A stretch of 64,000 bases of DNA, taken from contig CAYSFB010000003.1 of the NCBI GenBank assembly GCA_964430735.1, forward strand, positions 194,039 to 258,038, read 5' to 3'. The translations under genes and the position numbers were made by a program. Under the pieces are notes generated by a model that made no database searches, had not been told where the DNA came from, and worked only from the letters and a program-made list of their open reading frames with translations. Positions 18,832 to 28,518 of the stretch are shown here, one piece after another; within the stretch, counting starts at the first letter, position 1; each line of letters starts with the position of its first letter. Source of the stretch: an uncultured Planctomycetia bacterium. GTDB taxonomy: Bacteria; Omnitrophota; Gorgyraeia; 2-02-FULL-51-18; JAGOUK01.

Positions 18832-19065
18832 TTAGGCGCCGTCGTTGCCGATGGCTTCGACGGGGCATCCCTGCATGGCTTCCAGGCACTGCGCCTCCTC
18901 ATCCGGAGTCGAGGCCTGTTTCTTGACGTATGAGTAGCCGCCGTCCTGATTGCGGTCAAAGTTATTCGGCGCCGTCTGACGGCACAAGTCGCAGTCGATG
19001 CACTGACTGTCGACATAAAATTTTCCGGCAACGTTCTCTTTGTATCGGTTCGCCAAAACAGCCAT
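18832..19065 (-). CDS. 4Fe-4S ferredoxin (single-cluster type)
   Basis: The cysteine motif CIDCDLC...C is in a 77-aa protein. Confidence 0.8.
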   Translation of the reverse strand: MAVLANRYKENVAGKFYVDSQCIDCDLCRQTAPNNFDRNQDGGYSYVKKQASTPDEEAQCLEAMQGCPVEAIGNDGA

Positions 19066-19147
19066 TTAAAGTCTCATCCTTTTGCTGAAGATTGTGTTGG
19101 ATTTTATCATAATTGATTAAACGTATTCAAATAATATCAACGAAACG
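19066..19147 (-). promoter_or_regulatory. AT-rich putative promoter region upstream of ferredoxin gene
   Basis: The minus-strand reading contains TTGAAT and TATGAT/ATAAAAT-like hexamers in an otherwise GC-rich context. Confidence 0.3.
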
Positions 19148-19723
19148 TCAAACCTGGACCACTTCGCGCACTTCCGGAATGAGCATCTTCAGCCGGTTCT
19201 CGACGCCCATCTTGAGCGTCAACACCGAGCTTGGACAAGAGGAACAGGAGCCCTGCATATGCAGCGACACGACCCCGTCCTTGAATCCGTAAAACACGAT
19301 GTCCCCGCCGTCCATCGCGACGGCTGGGCGGATTTCGGCATTGAGAATTTCCTGGATCTTGAGCGAAATCGGATCGTCGCCGGCGCCGCCGGGCATGGCC
19401 ACCGGAGCCTCGGAGGCCGCCTGGGCACCGACCACGTCTTCGACGGTCTCAAGGACGGTGCGGATAGCCCGGGTGCAGCTTTGGGCCATTTCGGCCCACA
19501 GACTTTCGGGCGATTTGGTGACCGTGACGAAGCCCTGACCGATCAGGACGCCCTGCACGCCAGAAATCTCGAACAGCGCGTTCGCCAGCGGAGACGTCCG
19601 GGCCGACGCGGGATCGCGGAAATTGGCGGACCCGGCCGCGATCATTTCGCGGTTCACGACAAAGCGGAGCGTATGCGGGTTGGGCGTGGTCTCGGCGTGG
19701 ATGTGGATGGTGGACTCCGTCAT
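19148..19723 (-). CDS. NifU/Nfu-type Fe-S cluster scaffold (Nfu_N + NifU C-terminal domain)
   Basis: The C-terminal CxxC motif (CSSCPSS) and an Nfu N-terminal domain are present. The start ATG at 19723 overlaps the sufU stop. Confidence 0.8.
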   Translation of the reverse strand: MTESTIHIHAETTPNPHTLRFVVNREMIAAGSANFRDPASARTSPLANALFEISGVQGVLIGQGFVTVTKSPESLWAEMAQSCTRAIRTVLETVEDVVGAQAASEAPVAMPGGAGDDPISLKIQEILNAEIRPAVAMDGGDIVFYGFKDGVVSLHMQGSCSSCPSSVLTLKMGVENRLKMLIPEVREVVQV

Positions 19724-20208
19724 GACTGACCTCCTGCGGGCGGTTGGGGATCCATTTTTTGAAGCGCCTCGTCCAGCGCGTGCCACACGAGCGTCGCGCA
19801 TTTGACGCGGATCGGATATTTTTTGACTCCGGCAAAAATGTTCAGACTTCCAAGAAGCGCCTCGTCATCGGCGGACAGCGGCTCGTCGCCGGTCACCCGT
19901 TTGAGAAAAAGTTTCTTGATCCGGCGCGCTTCGGCCGGCGTCTTCCCCTTGATCTTCGCGGTCATCATCGACCCCGAAGCCTTGGAAATCGCGCAGCCCT
20001 TCCCGGTAAAGCCGACGTCGCCGATGGTTCCGTCCGGAGCCGCGGCCAGATAGATGTCGTAGTCGTCGCCGCAGAGCGGGTTGTATCCGTGGCAATGCGC
20101 CGCACACGGCTCGATGGCCTTGAAGTTTCTCGGCCGCCGGTTGTGGTCGAGGATCACCTCCTGATACAGGTCTTCGAGCGGCATCCGGGGCGCGTCGGCC
20201 GCGTTCAT
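19720..20208 (-). CDS. sufU: SUF system Fe-S cluster assembly scaffold SufU (IscU-like)
   Basis: It has conserved Cys/Asp ligands (CGDDY...GKGCAIS...C). The start at 20208 overlaps the sufS stop (ATGA). Confidence 0.8.
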   Translation of the reverse strand: MNAADAPRMPLEDLYQEVILDHNRRPRNFKAIEPCAAHCHGYNPLCGDDYDIYLAAAPDGTIGDVGFTGKGCAISKASGSMMTAKIKGKTPAEARRIKKLFLKRVTGDEPLSADDEALLGSLNIFAGVKKYPIRVKCATLVWHALDEALQKMDPQPPAGGQS

Positions 20209-21416
20209 GCAAAAATCTTCCGGGCGCGCTCGACCGCGTCGGCCAGCCGGTCCGCCTCTTCGATCGTGTTGTAAAAAGAAAAGGACGCCCGGACCATGGC
20301 CGGCACGCCGAAGCGGCGCATCGTCGGTTCGGCGCAATGATGTCCGGCCCGCACCGCGACACCGGCCTCGTCGAGCACGGTGCCGATGTCGTGCGGATGC
20401 ACGTCGCCGAGCGTAAACGACAAAAGGCTCGCCCGGCCCGGTACGTCGGTCCGGCCGTAAATCTTCAGATCCGGAATCGCCGACAGACGCGCGGCCGCGT
20501 GATGCAGGAGTTTTTCCTCCTGCGCCTGAATGCGGTCGAGACCGACGCTCTCCAGATACGACAGGGCGGCGGACAAGCCGACGATCTCGACGAACGGCGG
20601 CGTGCCGGCCTCGAAACGCTGCGGCGGCCGGGCATACGTCGTTTTTTGGAGCGTCACCGATTCGATCATATCGCCGCCGAACTGGTAAGGCCTCATGGAT
20701 TCGAGAACGGCGAGCTTGCCGTACAGCACGCCGACGCCGGTCGGGCCGTAGATCTTGTGTCCCGAAAAGCAGTAAAAATCGCAATCGAGGTCGCGCACAT
20801 CCACCGCCAGATGCGGCGCCGCCTGCGCGCCGTCCACGAGCATCGCCGCTCCCGCGGCATGGGCCAGCTTCCCGAGGGTCTTGATGTCATGCGGGATTCC
20901 CAGCACATTGGACACGTGCCCAGCCGCGACGAGAATCGTTCCGGCGCCGATCTGCTTCCGGGCAGCGTCCATATCCAGCATCCCGTCGTCCCGGACCGGG
21001 ATCACGCGGAGCTCAAGCCCCTGCCGTTCGCACAGCGCCTGCCAGGGCACCAGGTTCGCGTGATGCTCGGATTCGGTGATCACGATCGATCCGCCGCGCG
21101 CGGCGCGGTCGGCCGCATAAGTCGACGCGACGAGATTGACCGCTTCGGTCGCGCCTCGGACAAAGACGATTTCCCGCTCCGATGCGGCGTTCAGGAATTT
21201 GCGGCACCGCTCGCGGGTCTCTTCGCAGGCGGCCGTCGCATCGTGGCTCAGACGGTAAACGCCCCGGTGGATGTTCGCGTATTCCGTCCGGTAAAAGCGG
21301 TCCATCCGGCGGATCACCGCTTCCGGCTTCTGAGTCGATGCGGCGTTGTCGAGGTACACCAGGGGCCGGCCGTTCATCTCCGTGCCCAGCATCGGGAAGT
21401 CTTTGCGGACGTTCAT
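20205..21416 (-). CDS. sufS: cysteine desulfurase SufS
   Basis: A class-V aminotransferase with the PLP lysine motif (FSGHKIYGPTG). The start at 21416 overlaps the sufD stop. Confidence 0.9.
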   Translation of the reverse strand: MNVRKDFPMLGTEMNGRPLVYLDNAASTQKPEAVIRRMDRFYRTEYANIHRGVYRLSHDATAACEETRERCRKFLNAASEREIVFVRGATEAVNLVASTYAADRAARGGSIVITESEHHANLVPWQALCERQGLELRVIPVRDDGMLDMDAARKQIGAGTILVAAGHVSNVLGIPHDIKTLGKLAHAAGAAMLVDGAQAAPHLAVDVRDLDCDFYCFSGHKIYGPTGVGVLYGKLAVLESMRPYQFGGDMIESVTLQKTTYARPPQRFEAGTPPFVEIVGLSAALSYLESVGLDRIQAQEEKLLHHAAARLSAIPDLKIYGRTDVPGRASLLSFTLGDVHPHDIGTVLDEAGVAVRAGHHCAEPTMRRFGVPAMVRASFSFYNTIEEADRLADAVERARKIFA

Positions 21417-22642
21417 CGCGCGATCTCCTGAAGGCGCTCGTGCGCGCGCTTCTGTAATTCCTGAACCGCCGCGCCGACCGGAATCTCCTTGAGAAGGTCG
21501 TCGACGAAGCCACGCAACACCAGCGCCGAGGCCGACACCGGATCGATTCCGCGCGTTCGCAGATACAGGAGTTCTTCGAGGTTCATTTGACCGACTGTCG
21601 CGCCGTGATGACATTGGACCTCGTCCGTGTGGATGGCGAGCTGGGGGCGCGCATACGCCCGGGCGTCGTCCGACAGGACCAGGTTCTTGTTGAGCTGTTC
21701 GCTCGAGGAGTGGGGCGCTTCGGGACGGATCGATACCAGACTGTCGTATTCAAAGCGCGCGGAGCCGGCGAGAATACTTTTGAACACCTGCTGGCTCTGA
21801 GTGTGCGGAACACGGTGATCCACGTTCAGATGATGAAAGGCCCGGGACGGTCCGCCGAGCAGAGCGAGACCAAAGAGGTCGGTGGACGCGTTCGCGCCTT
21901 CGAGCGAAACGGAAAGGTCGATGCGGCTCAGATGCGGCCGAGTTTCAAAGCAAAACGCGCGGAACACGCTGTCCCGGTGCTGACGCACGGCGATGTCCGA
22001 CAGATAGACGGACCGCGCGGCGGACGGCCCGATCAACACCAGGTTCAAGGCGGTCTGTTCGTGCAGCTCGATGTCGAGGACCAGGTTGACGAGAGCCTCC
22101 GCGTCGCCGGCAAACGCGCGGCAATCGAGAATCATATCCAGGCGCGATCCGGGATCCAGGGTCACCGATGCGCGCGGATGGATCATGACCGCGGACGCAC
22201 GGGCGGCTTCGGACGGACGGGGCTCGGGCGTGAGGCGCAGCGGTTGAAGCGCGCAGGTGTTTTTTCCGACACGGATATCGACCGCCTGGTGAAAAAGCAT
22301 GGCGTTCAGATGGGCCAGCGGACGGCCCGCCCCGCTCGGACGGAGAGCCGCATCCGGCAAGCGGACTGAATCGGTCCAGGCCCGAACGCGGATATCGGAT
22401 CCTGCCGGAACATCGGTCCGGCAATGGTCCGGCAGCGCGGACCAGGACGGATCCAAAACCGGACCCAAGCCCATGTGTTTCCAGGAATCGTCCCCTGCCT
22501 GCGGCAAACCGCCGGCCGCGAGCACCGCGGAGGCGGCTTCCCGAAAAGCACGCAGCCACGACGGGTCGGCAGATCCAGACGGCAGGGCGCGGCCCCAATC
22601 GGCCAGCGGGCGTTCGGCGGTTTGAGCGGCGGCCACGGTCAT
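21413..22642 (-). CDS. sufD: Fe-S cluster assembly protein SufD
   Basis: A SufB/SufD-family beta-helix protein, positioned between sufC and sufS. Confidence 0.8.
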   Translation of the reverse strand: MTVAAAQTAERPLADWGRALPSGSADPSWLRAFREAASAVLAAGGLPQAGDDSWKHMGLGPVLDPSWSALPDHCRTDVPAGSDIRVRAWTDSVRLPDAALRPSGAGRPLAHLNAMLFHQAVDIRVGKNTCALQPLRLTPEPRPSEAARASAVMIHPRASVTLDPGSRLDMILDCRAFAGDAEALVNLVLDIELHEQTALNLVLIGPSAARSVYLSDIAVRQHRDSVFRAFCFETRPHLSRIDLSVSLEGANASTDLFGLALLGGPSRAFHHLNVDHRVPHTQSQQVFKSILAGSARFEYDSLVSIRPEAPHSSSEQLNKNLVLSDDARAYARPQLAIHTDEVQCHHGATVGQMNLEELLYLRTRGIDPVSASALVLRGFVDDLLKEIPVGAAVQELQKRAHERLQEIAR

Positions 22643-22647
22643 GTTCC

Positions 22648-23445
22648 TTAAGCCTTCGCGGTCGACCCGGCGGCGCGGTTGATCTCGGCGGCGGCCGCTT
22701 CGGCCAGCACCCAGTCGTATCCCCTGGCCTCCAGCTCGAGCGCGAGCTCCTTGCCGCCGGACTTGATGATCCGGCCTCCGGCCAGCACATGCACACGGTC
22801 GGGTTCGACGTAGTTCAGAAGGCGCTGGTAATGAGTGATCATGAGGATGCTTTTTTCGGGTCCGCGCAGCCGGCTGATGCCCGCCGCGACAATTTTGAGC
22901 GCGTCGATGTCGAGACCGGAGTCCGTTTCGTCCAGGACCGCGACGCGCGGTTCCAGCAGCGCCATCTGCAGCATTTCGTTTTTCTTTTTCTCGCCGCCGG
23001 AAAGCCCGTGGTTCACCGCGCGGTTGAAGTATTCCTCGGGAACCTGGACCAGCCGCGCGCGCTCCTTGAGCACCATTTCGAATTCATACGGATCGAGCTC
23101 GTCGAGCTTCCTGGCTTTTTGCCGCGCGTTGTAGGCCATGCGCAGGAACGACGCGTTGTTGACGCCCGGAATTTCGACCGGGTACTGATAGGCCAGAAAA
23201 ACGCCGGCCACCGAACGCTCCTCGGGCTGCATCGCGAGCAGGTCCCTGCCGTCATACACGACGGTTCCGCTTTGGACCGTGTACCGCGGATCCCCGGCGA
23301 GCACCTTGGACAGCGTGCTCTTGCCGGAACCGTTGGGCCCCATGATGGCATGAACTTCGCCCGCCGCGATGGACAGCGTGAGACCGTTCAGGATTTTTTT
23401 ACCGTCGATCGTGACGACAAGGTCTTTGATTTGCAGCAATGCCAT
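22648..23445 (-). CDS. sufC: Fe-S cluster assembly ATPase SufC
   Basis: It has Walker A (GPNGSGKST) and an ABC signature. It lies in a canonical position after sufB. Confidence 0.9.
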   Translation of the reverse strand: MALLQIKDLVVTIDGKKILNGLTLSIAAGEVHAIMGPNGSGKSTLSKVLAGDPRYTVQSGTVVYDGRDLLAMQPEERSVAGVFLAYQYPVEIPGVNNASFLRMAYNARQKARKLDELDPYEFEMVLKERARLVQVPEEYFNRAVNHGLSGGEKKKNEMLQMALLEPRVAVLDETDSGLDIDALKIVAAGISRLRGPEKSILMITHYQRLLNYVEPDRVHVLAGGRIIKSGGKELALELEARGYDWVLAEAAAAEINRAAGSTAKA

Positions 23446-23472
23446 GGCGCTTCTATTCCTTCCGTGAATGGG

Positions 23473-24918
23473 TTATCCGACGCTTCCCTCGAGCTTGAGG
23501 CCCAGAAGCTGGGTTGCCTCGACGGCGAATTCGCCCGGGAGCTCGCGGAACACGTCCTTGCAAAAACCGTTCAAAATGGCCCCCATCGCCTGGTCGGCCG
23601 GAATGCCGCGCTGACGAAAATACAGCAGCTGGTCCTCGCTGATCTTCGACGTCGACGCTTCGTGCTCCAGCTGCGCGTCGCGGTTGCGAACGTCCGTGTA
23701 GGGATAGGTGTTGGCCCGCGCCTTCGGCCCGATGAGGAGCGAATCGCACTGCGTGAAGTTGCGCGCGCCGGACGCGGACGCGTTGATCTGGACCAGCCCG
23801 CGGTAATTGTTGATCGACTGCCCCGCCGAAATCCCTTTCGAGATGATGCGGCTGCGCGTGTTCTTGCCGATATGGATCATCTTGGTCCCGGTGTCGGCCT
23901 GCTGAAAGTGGTTCGTGAGCGCCACGGAATAGAATTCGCCCACCGAATGGTCGCCCATCAGGATGCAGCTCGGGTATTTCCACGTGATCGCGGATCCGGT
24001 CTCGACCTGGGTCCAGGAAATCCGGGACCGGTCGCCCTGGCACTTCCCGCGTTTGGTCACAAAATTATAAATACCGCCCCGGCCCGTCTTGGGATCGCCG
24101 GCGTACCAGTTCTGCACCGTCGAGTACTTGATGTCCGCGTCCTTGAGCGCGACGAGCTCGACGACCGCCGCATGCAGCTGATTCGTGTCGAACTTGGGCG
24201 CCGTACAGCCCTCGAGGTAGCTGACAGAAGCGCCGTCTTCGCAGATGATGAGCGTCCGCTCGAACTGTCCCGAGGACTCGGTGTTGATCCGGAAGTAGGA
24301 CGACAGTTCCATCGGACTCGCGACGCCTTTGGGCACAAACACGAACGATCCGTCCGTGAACACGGCCGAGTTAAGCGCGGCATAAAAATTATCCGTGTAC
24401 GGCACGACCGTTCCCATGTATTTGCGGACGAGGTCGGGATGCTCCTGAACGGCTTCCGAGAACGAGCAAAAAATCACGCCCGCCTCGCGCAACTTGCCCT
24501 TGTACGTCGTCGCGACCGAGACGCTGTCAAAAATCGCGTCCACGGCGACGCCCGTGAGACGCTTCTGCTCGATCAGCGGAATTCCCAGCTTTTCGAAGGT
24601 CAGGCGCAGCTCCGGGTCCACCTCGTCCAGACTCTTGGGCGCGACCTTGGGCTGTTTGGGCTCGGAGTAATAAATGATGTTCTGGTAGTCGATCGCCGGG
24701 TACTCGACGTTGGCCCAATGCGGTTCTTTCATCGTCAGCCAATGGCGGTAGGCTTTGAGCCGGTACTCGAGCATCCAATCCGGCTCGTTCTTCTTTTTGG
24801 AGATCTGGCGGACGGTGTCTTCCGAAAGACCGCGGATAGTCCAACCCGACTCGATGTCGGTCTTGAATCCGTACTTGTAATCCTGCTCGATGATCCGGTT
24901 GAGGGTTTCTTCGCTCAT
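23473..24918 (-). CDS. sufB: Fe-S cluster assembly protein SufB
   Basis: A 481-aa protein with strong SufB similarity throughout. Confidence 0.9.
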   Translation of the reverse strand: MSEETLNRIIEQDYKYGFKTDIESGWTIRGLSEDTVRQISKKKNEPDWMLEYRLKAYRHWLTMKEPHWANVEYPAIDYQNIIYYSEPKQPKVAPKSLDEVDPELRLTFEKLGIPLIEQKRLTGVAVDAIFDSVSVATTYKGKLREAGVIFCSFSEAVQEHPDLVRKYMGTVVPYTDNFYAALNSAVFTDGSFVFVPKGVASPMELSSYFRINTESSGQFERTLIICEDGASVSYLEGCTAPKFDTNQLHAAVVELVALKDADIKYSTVQNWYAGDPKTGRGGIYNFVTKRGKCQGDRSRISWTQVETGSAITWKYPSCILMGDHSVGEFYSVALTNHFQQADTGTKMIHIGKNTRSRIISKGISAGQSINNYRGLVQINASASGARNFTQCDSLLIGPKARANTYPYTDVRNRDAQLEHEASTSKISEDQLLYFRQRGIPADQAMGAILNGFCKDVFRELPGEFAVEATQLLGLKLEGSVG

Positions 24919-24934
24919 GTCTGCGGCCCGCCCG

Positions 24935-25369
24935 TTATCGGACGGCCTCCGGCTCGAACTTGTTGTTCAGGATCATCTCAAGCGTCACCGAAGCAAAATA
25001 GCCGTCCAAAAGACTCTTGGCCTTCTGCCACACCGGCTTCACGCCGCAGGCGCAGTAATGGGTGCAGACGATCTGATCGCGCGTCTCGGGTTCGCAAAAA
25101 ACGTCGAAGGTTCCGCCCTCCAGCGCCTCGATCACCTCCTTGAGCGTGATCTCCTCGGGCTTTTTGGCCAGCACGTATCCCCCATGGTTACCGTGCTGAG
25201 CCGACACAATCTTGGCCGCCCGAAGGTTCTGCAGGATTTTTTCGATGTAGGTCGGCGAATATTTTTCGGCTGCCGCGATCTCTTTGATCGTGATCGGCTG
25301 CAAGCCGCCATGCCGCGCCATATAGATGAGGCAGTTCAGGCCATATTCGGTCTTGGTCGTGTATTTCAT
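24935..25369 (-). CDS. Rrf2-family transcriptional regulator (IscR/SufR-like)
   Basis: An Rrf2 HTH ([20 protein letters not shown]) with C-terminal Cys residues. It is the first gene of the suf operon. The start was trimmed to the ATG at 25369. Confidence 0.8.
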   Translation of the reverse strand: MKYTTKTEYGLNCLIYMARHGGLQPITIKEIAAAEKYSPTYIEKILQNLRAAKIVSAQHGNHGGYVLAKKPEEITLKEVIEALEGGTFDVFCEPETRDQIVCTHYCACGVKPVWQKAKSLLDGYFASVTLEMILNNKFEPEAVR

Positions 25370-25460
25370 CCGCTCAGTATATCTAATCAGACTAATTCGG
25401 TCCAGTTTCGGCACCACCCAAGATGTACCGAGGGGGTTGTTAGGTACCGTCAAAAGACGG
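25370..25460 (-). promoter_or_regulatory. upstream region of the rrf2-suf operon (candidate Rrf2 operator/promoter)
   Basis: A 91-bp non-coding gap precedes the first gene of the operon. Rrf2 regulators commonly autoregulate at such sites. Confidence 0.3.
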
Positions 25461-26066
25461 TTAGCGGAGCTGGCGAAGGGCTGAGGTCAGGAGGGCTTGA
25501 AGTTTGGGGCGCAATTCGCGGCAGGCTTTTAAAAAATCATGGTCGGCCTTGGAATCGGCTTCGTCGGAGATGAGCTTGATCACCGAGCATTGAAGACCCA
25601 GCTGCTCGGAGGCCCAGGCCACGGCATAGGCCTCCATGTCGCAGGCCAGTCGCGGATGACGCGCGGCCAACGCGGATCCGGCATAGGGATTCCCTTTGAT
25701 GAAGCGGTCCTGGGTCAGCAGCGTTGCGGATTTGGATCCCGCAGCCAGCCGCGCCGTCTTCAGACGGATCTGGTTCGGAAATTTTTCAAACGGCTCAGCG
25801 CAATAGTCCTGTTCGATCACCAGCTTCGGTTCGATCACGTCCCCGATCCTGAGGCCCGCCAGGCCTCCGGCGAACCCGATGAGCAGCAAGTGTTTCAGCC
25901 GCGGGTGTTTGCGCGCCAGCACGTGGACCGCGCACGCCGCGCGCACTTTTCCCATCCCGGACACGACCACGGCCGCATGCGCCTCGGCCGCCAGCGCCCG
26001 GATCGCCTCGTACTCAAAACGGCTCGGGCATATCACGCCGACCCGGACGGCGGAAACGCGCTTCAT
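25461..26066 (-). CDS. PNP_UDP_1-family nucleosidase (MTA/SAH nucleosidase or futalosine hydrolase-like)
   Basis: A ~200-aa protein with a phosphorylase-family 1 fold pattern. Confidence 0.55.
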   Translation of the reverse strand: MKRVSAVRVGVICPSRFEYEAIRALAAEAHAAVVVSGMGKVRAACAVHVLARKHPRLKHLLLIGFAGGLAGLRIGDVIEPKLVIEQDYCAEPFEKFPNQIRLKTARLAAGSKSATLLTQDRFIKGNPYAGSALAARHPRLACDMEAYAVAWASEQLGLQCSVIKLISDEADSKADHDFLKACRELRPKLQALLTSALRQLR

Positions 26067-26989
26067 GACCGCCTGAGCCGATGCGCTTCGAGGCGGCGTT
26101 CAAAGTCGATCACTTGCAGCGGATGGGTCGAGCGCCGAACCTCCAGGACGTCCCCGTGGCAGAACGGCAGCTGCGCGCGCGTGCCGTCGATAAAGACACG
26201 CCCCTCTTCCATCTTCGAGTGGAACACGAGCGGCGCGCCGGACGCGAGCACCCCGCCCTTGAGCCGGTACGAACGCTTGTGCTTGATGTAGAGTTCCCGC
26301 GGCTGATACTCCAACCGGTCCGAACTGAGCGGCAGATGCCGCCCTCCGGCGGACTGGATCGCGCCGGTCGAACCGGCCGCTGTCGCGACCCAGACACCGG
26401 AGCTGTGCTGCTCTTCGGTGCGGCCGGCGACGGTGATCCGGTAATGACTCATCGCGGGCGGGCTCACATGACAGATCAAAAGATCGTTGAGCGCCCGGAT
26501 TCCGGTGAATTTACCGTTCAGGAACAAGTCCATCCGATGAAGCTTCCGGATCGGACAACGGCCGGACATGGCCGCCTGTAGGATGGCGGCAAAGTCTTGG
26601 CGCGTCGCGGTGCAAAAACGACCGACGCTCACCTTCGGGTTGGAATTGATGCCGATCATGATCTCGTCCTCGGTCTGCGCCGACGCACTCAAAAAAGTGC
26701 CGTCGCCGCCGACGGTTACGACGAGGTCGTAAAGACCGCGCGGAATATCGCGCTTGCGGTCGATCGTACAATACCGGATCTGCATCGCGTCCAGCGCGCG
26801 CTGAACCGACAGGAGCGCCGCGTAATGCGCGTCGTGGGACGCGCGGAACGCGTCCAGCAGCTTGGCGTCGGGCCGCGACCGACGGACAGCGGCGTCCGCG
26901 AGGCGCTTGACGAAGTAAATCTCGTAGACGCTTTTCTTGGCAACAACGAGGACGTTGCGGACCGGATGCGGAAGAGGTGTGTGCTTCAT
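26063..26989 (-). CDS. nadK: NAD kinase
   Basis: It has the GGDGT motif and the NAD kinase domain pattern. Confidence 0.85.
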   Translation of the reverse strand: MKHTPLPHPVRNVLVVAKKSVYEIYFVKRLADAAVRRSRPDAKLLDAFRASHDAHYAALLSVQRALDAMQIRYCTIDRKRDIPRGLYDLVVTVGGDGTFLSASAQTEDEIMIGINSNPKVSVGRFCTATRQDFAAILQAAMSGRCPIRKLHRMDLFLNGKFTGIRALNDLLICHVSPPAMSHYRITVAGRTEEQHSSGVWVATAAGSTGAIQSAGGRHLPLSSDRLEYQPRELYIKHKRSYRLKGGVLASGAPLVFHSKMEEGRVFIDGTRAQLPFCHGDVLEVRRSTHPLQVIDFERRLEAHRLRRS

Positions 26990-27564
26990 CAGTGCAGCGA
27001 AGGCCTCCAGGGCAGACTGATCACGATTTGAGCCTCCTTCTCGAGAAAGTAAGCCAGACGCTCCTCAATCGCGGCGGCGTCATAATATTTTTTGACCAGG
27101 TTGATAAAAACATTTCCGTGCTTCGATTCCGCCAGGTAAAGCCCCCGGTAAAACGCCTTGAGCTCCGGGTCCTGAAGCGCCTTGTAAAGGATGCCGAAGC
27201 GCTCCGCGCCGCGGGTTTCGACGACCGACATGACAATCATCCGGTCCAAAAAACGCTCTTCCGGCGAATTTCGACACAGGGCCATGAGCCGGCTCACATA
27301 AGGATCTTCCGGCATCCGCTCGTTGAGCCGGAGGCCGCGCTTTTCCATCAGGAGAAAGACCTGCTTGAAGTGCCGCAACTCCTCGAGCGCGAGGTTGATC
27401 ATGGGCTTGGCGATGCGGACACGGGCGGGAGATTTGGCGACAAACGTCATGGCGGTCGCGGAGGCCTTGCGCTCACAATCGGCGTGATCGACGAGAAATT
27501 CGTCAAAATTATCGAGGATCACCCGGACCCATCCAGGGTCCGTCGCCGCGCCCAGCGGGATCAT
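26989..27564 (-). CDS. miaE: tRNA-(ms2io6A)-hydroxylase MiaE (ferritin-like diiron)
   Basis: The ILDNFDEFLVDHADCERKA motif matches the MiaE family. Confidence 0.7.
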   Translation of the reverse strand: MIPLGAATDPGWVRVILDNFDEFLVDHADCERKASATAMTFVAKSPARVRIAKPMINLALEELRHFKQVFLLMEKRGLRLNERMPEDPYVSRLMALCRNSPEERFLDRMIVMSVVETRGAERFGILYKALQDPELKAFYRGLYLAESKHGNVFINLVKKYYDAAAIEERLAYFLEKEAQIVISLPWRPSLH

Positions 27565-28133
27565 GCCTTGGCGGGGACTTTGGCGGGGGTTGGGATCGTC
27601 GGCGGAGCAGCCTGATGAAGCGCGCGCTCGGCCTCCGTGATCGAACGCGTCATGTCACGCATCAACGCGAGGTACTCCGGATCGATCTCGAGGCGCGCGA
27701 ACCGGTCGCGCAGCACATCGCGCTTCTTGAACTTGTCGGTCTTGGCCTTGAGGGTTTTGATCTCCCCCAGGAGCGCGCCGTATCCCGGGATGGTTTTGAT
27801 AAAAAGCTGCTCCTCCTCGGGAGTCCATCCGAAGTTCAAAAAGGCCTCTCCGCCCTGATTCCGGACAATGCGGTCCGGCTGAGTATCCCGAAGGTGGTAA
27901 AAAACGATGTTGCGGCGTTCGATGTACGTCAGCTGGAGGTCGCGGTGCGCGGCAAAAAAAGCGGCATATTCAGGCCAGCGGCGGCCGGCGAGCTCGCACA
28001 GGCGGATCTGGAAGACGCGCCGGGCGGAAACGAACTTTTCCCAAACAGGATCCGCCGCATCGGGAGTCCGCGCCTGCGCCGGCAGCATGGTTCCCGCGAT
28101 CAAGAGCAGCGTCAACATTGCGATCCTCTTCAT
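27561..28133 (-). CDS. secreted hypothetical protein
   Basis: It has a signal peptide (MKRIAMLTLLLIAGTMLPAQA). Its stop overlaps the miaE start. Confidence 0.4.
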   Translation of the reverse strand: MKRIAMLTLLLIAGTMLPAQARTPDAADPVWEKFVSARRVFQIRLCELAGRRWPEYAAFFAAHRDLQLTYIERRNIVFYHLRDTQPDRIVRNQGGEAFLNFGWTPEEEQLFIKTIPGYGALLGEIKTLKAKTDKFKKRDVLRDRFARLEIDPEYLALMRDMTRSITEAERALHQAAPPTIPTPAKVPAKA

Positions 28134-28202
28134 AGTGGGCCTCCCCCGTTTGGTGGAATTAGAATAGCGAATGCGGCCGCGCTTGTCCACGGCGCGGATG
28201 AT

Positions 28203-28502
28203 TCAGCGGGACGTCGGGGTCCGGCCGGCTTCGGCGGGCGTGAGCGCCCGGATTTGAAGCGCATGGAGGTCGTTGCCAGATTGTCCGAACCCGAGCGCCG
28301 CGTACACGCGTCGGTGACGCTCCGGCAGCGAAAGCCCCTCGAATTGCGCCGAGACGACGCGCACGGATGCGTGAGTTCCACGGCTCGGCGAACCGGCCGG
28401 CAGATGCCCCGCATGCTGGTGAGAATCGTCGGACACTTCGACGCTCGGGCCGAACGCCTGCTCAAGTCGCTTCTGCCAATCGCGCAAGGCGCCGTCGCTC
28501 AT
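28203..28502 (-). CDS. BolA family protein
   Basis: The BolA fold pattern includes SHQHAGH. Confidence 0.75.
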   Translation of the reverse strand: MSDGALRDWQKRLEQAFGPSVEVSDDSHQHAGHLPAGSPSRGTHASVRVVSAQFEGLSLPERHRRVYAALGFGQSGNDLHALQIRALTPAEAGRTPTSR

Positions 28503-28518
28503 CGGGCGTTTCGGTTGA

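Noticed and set aside
22789-25143. 784-aa plus-strand ORF
   Set aside because: It is antisense to sufC/sufB and is a low-complexity R/A/G-rich translation typical of GC-rich antisense frames. No recognisable domains.
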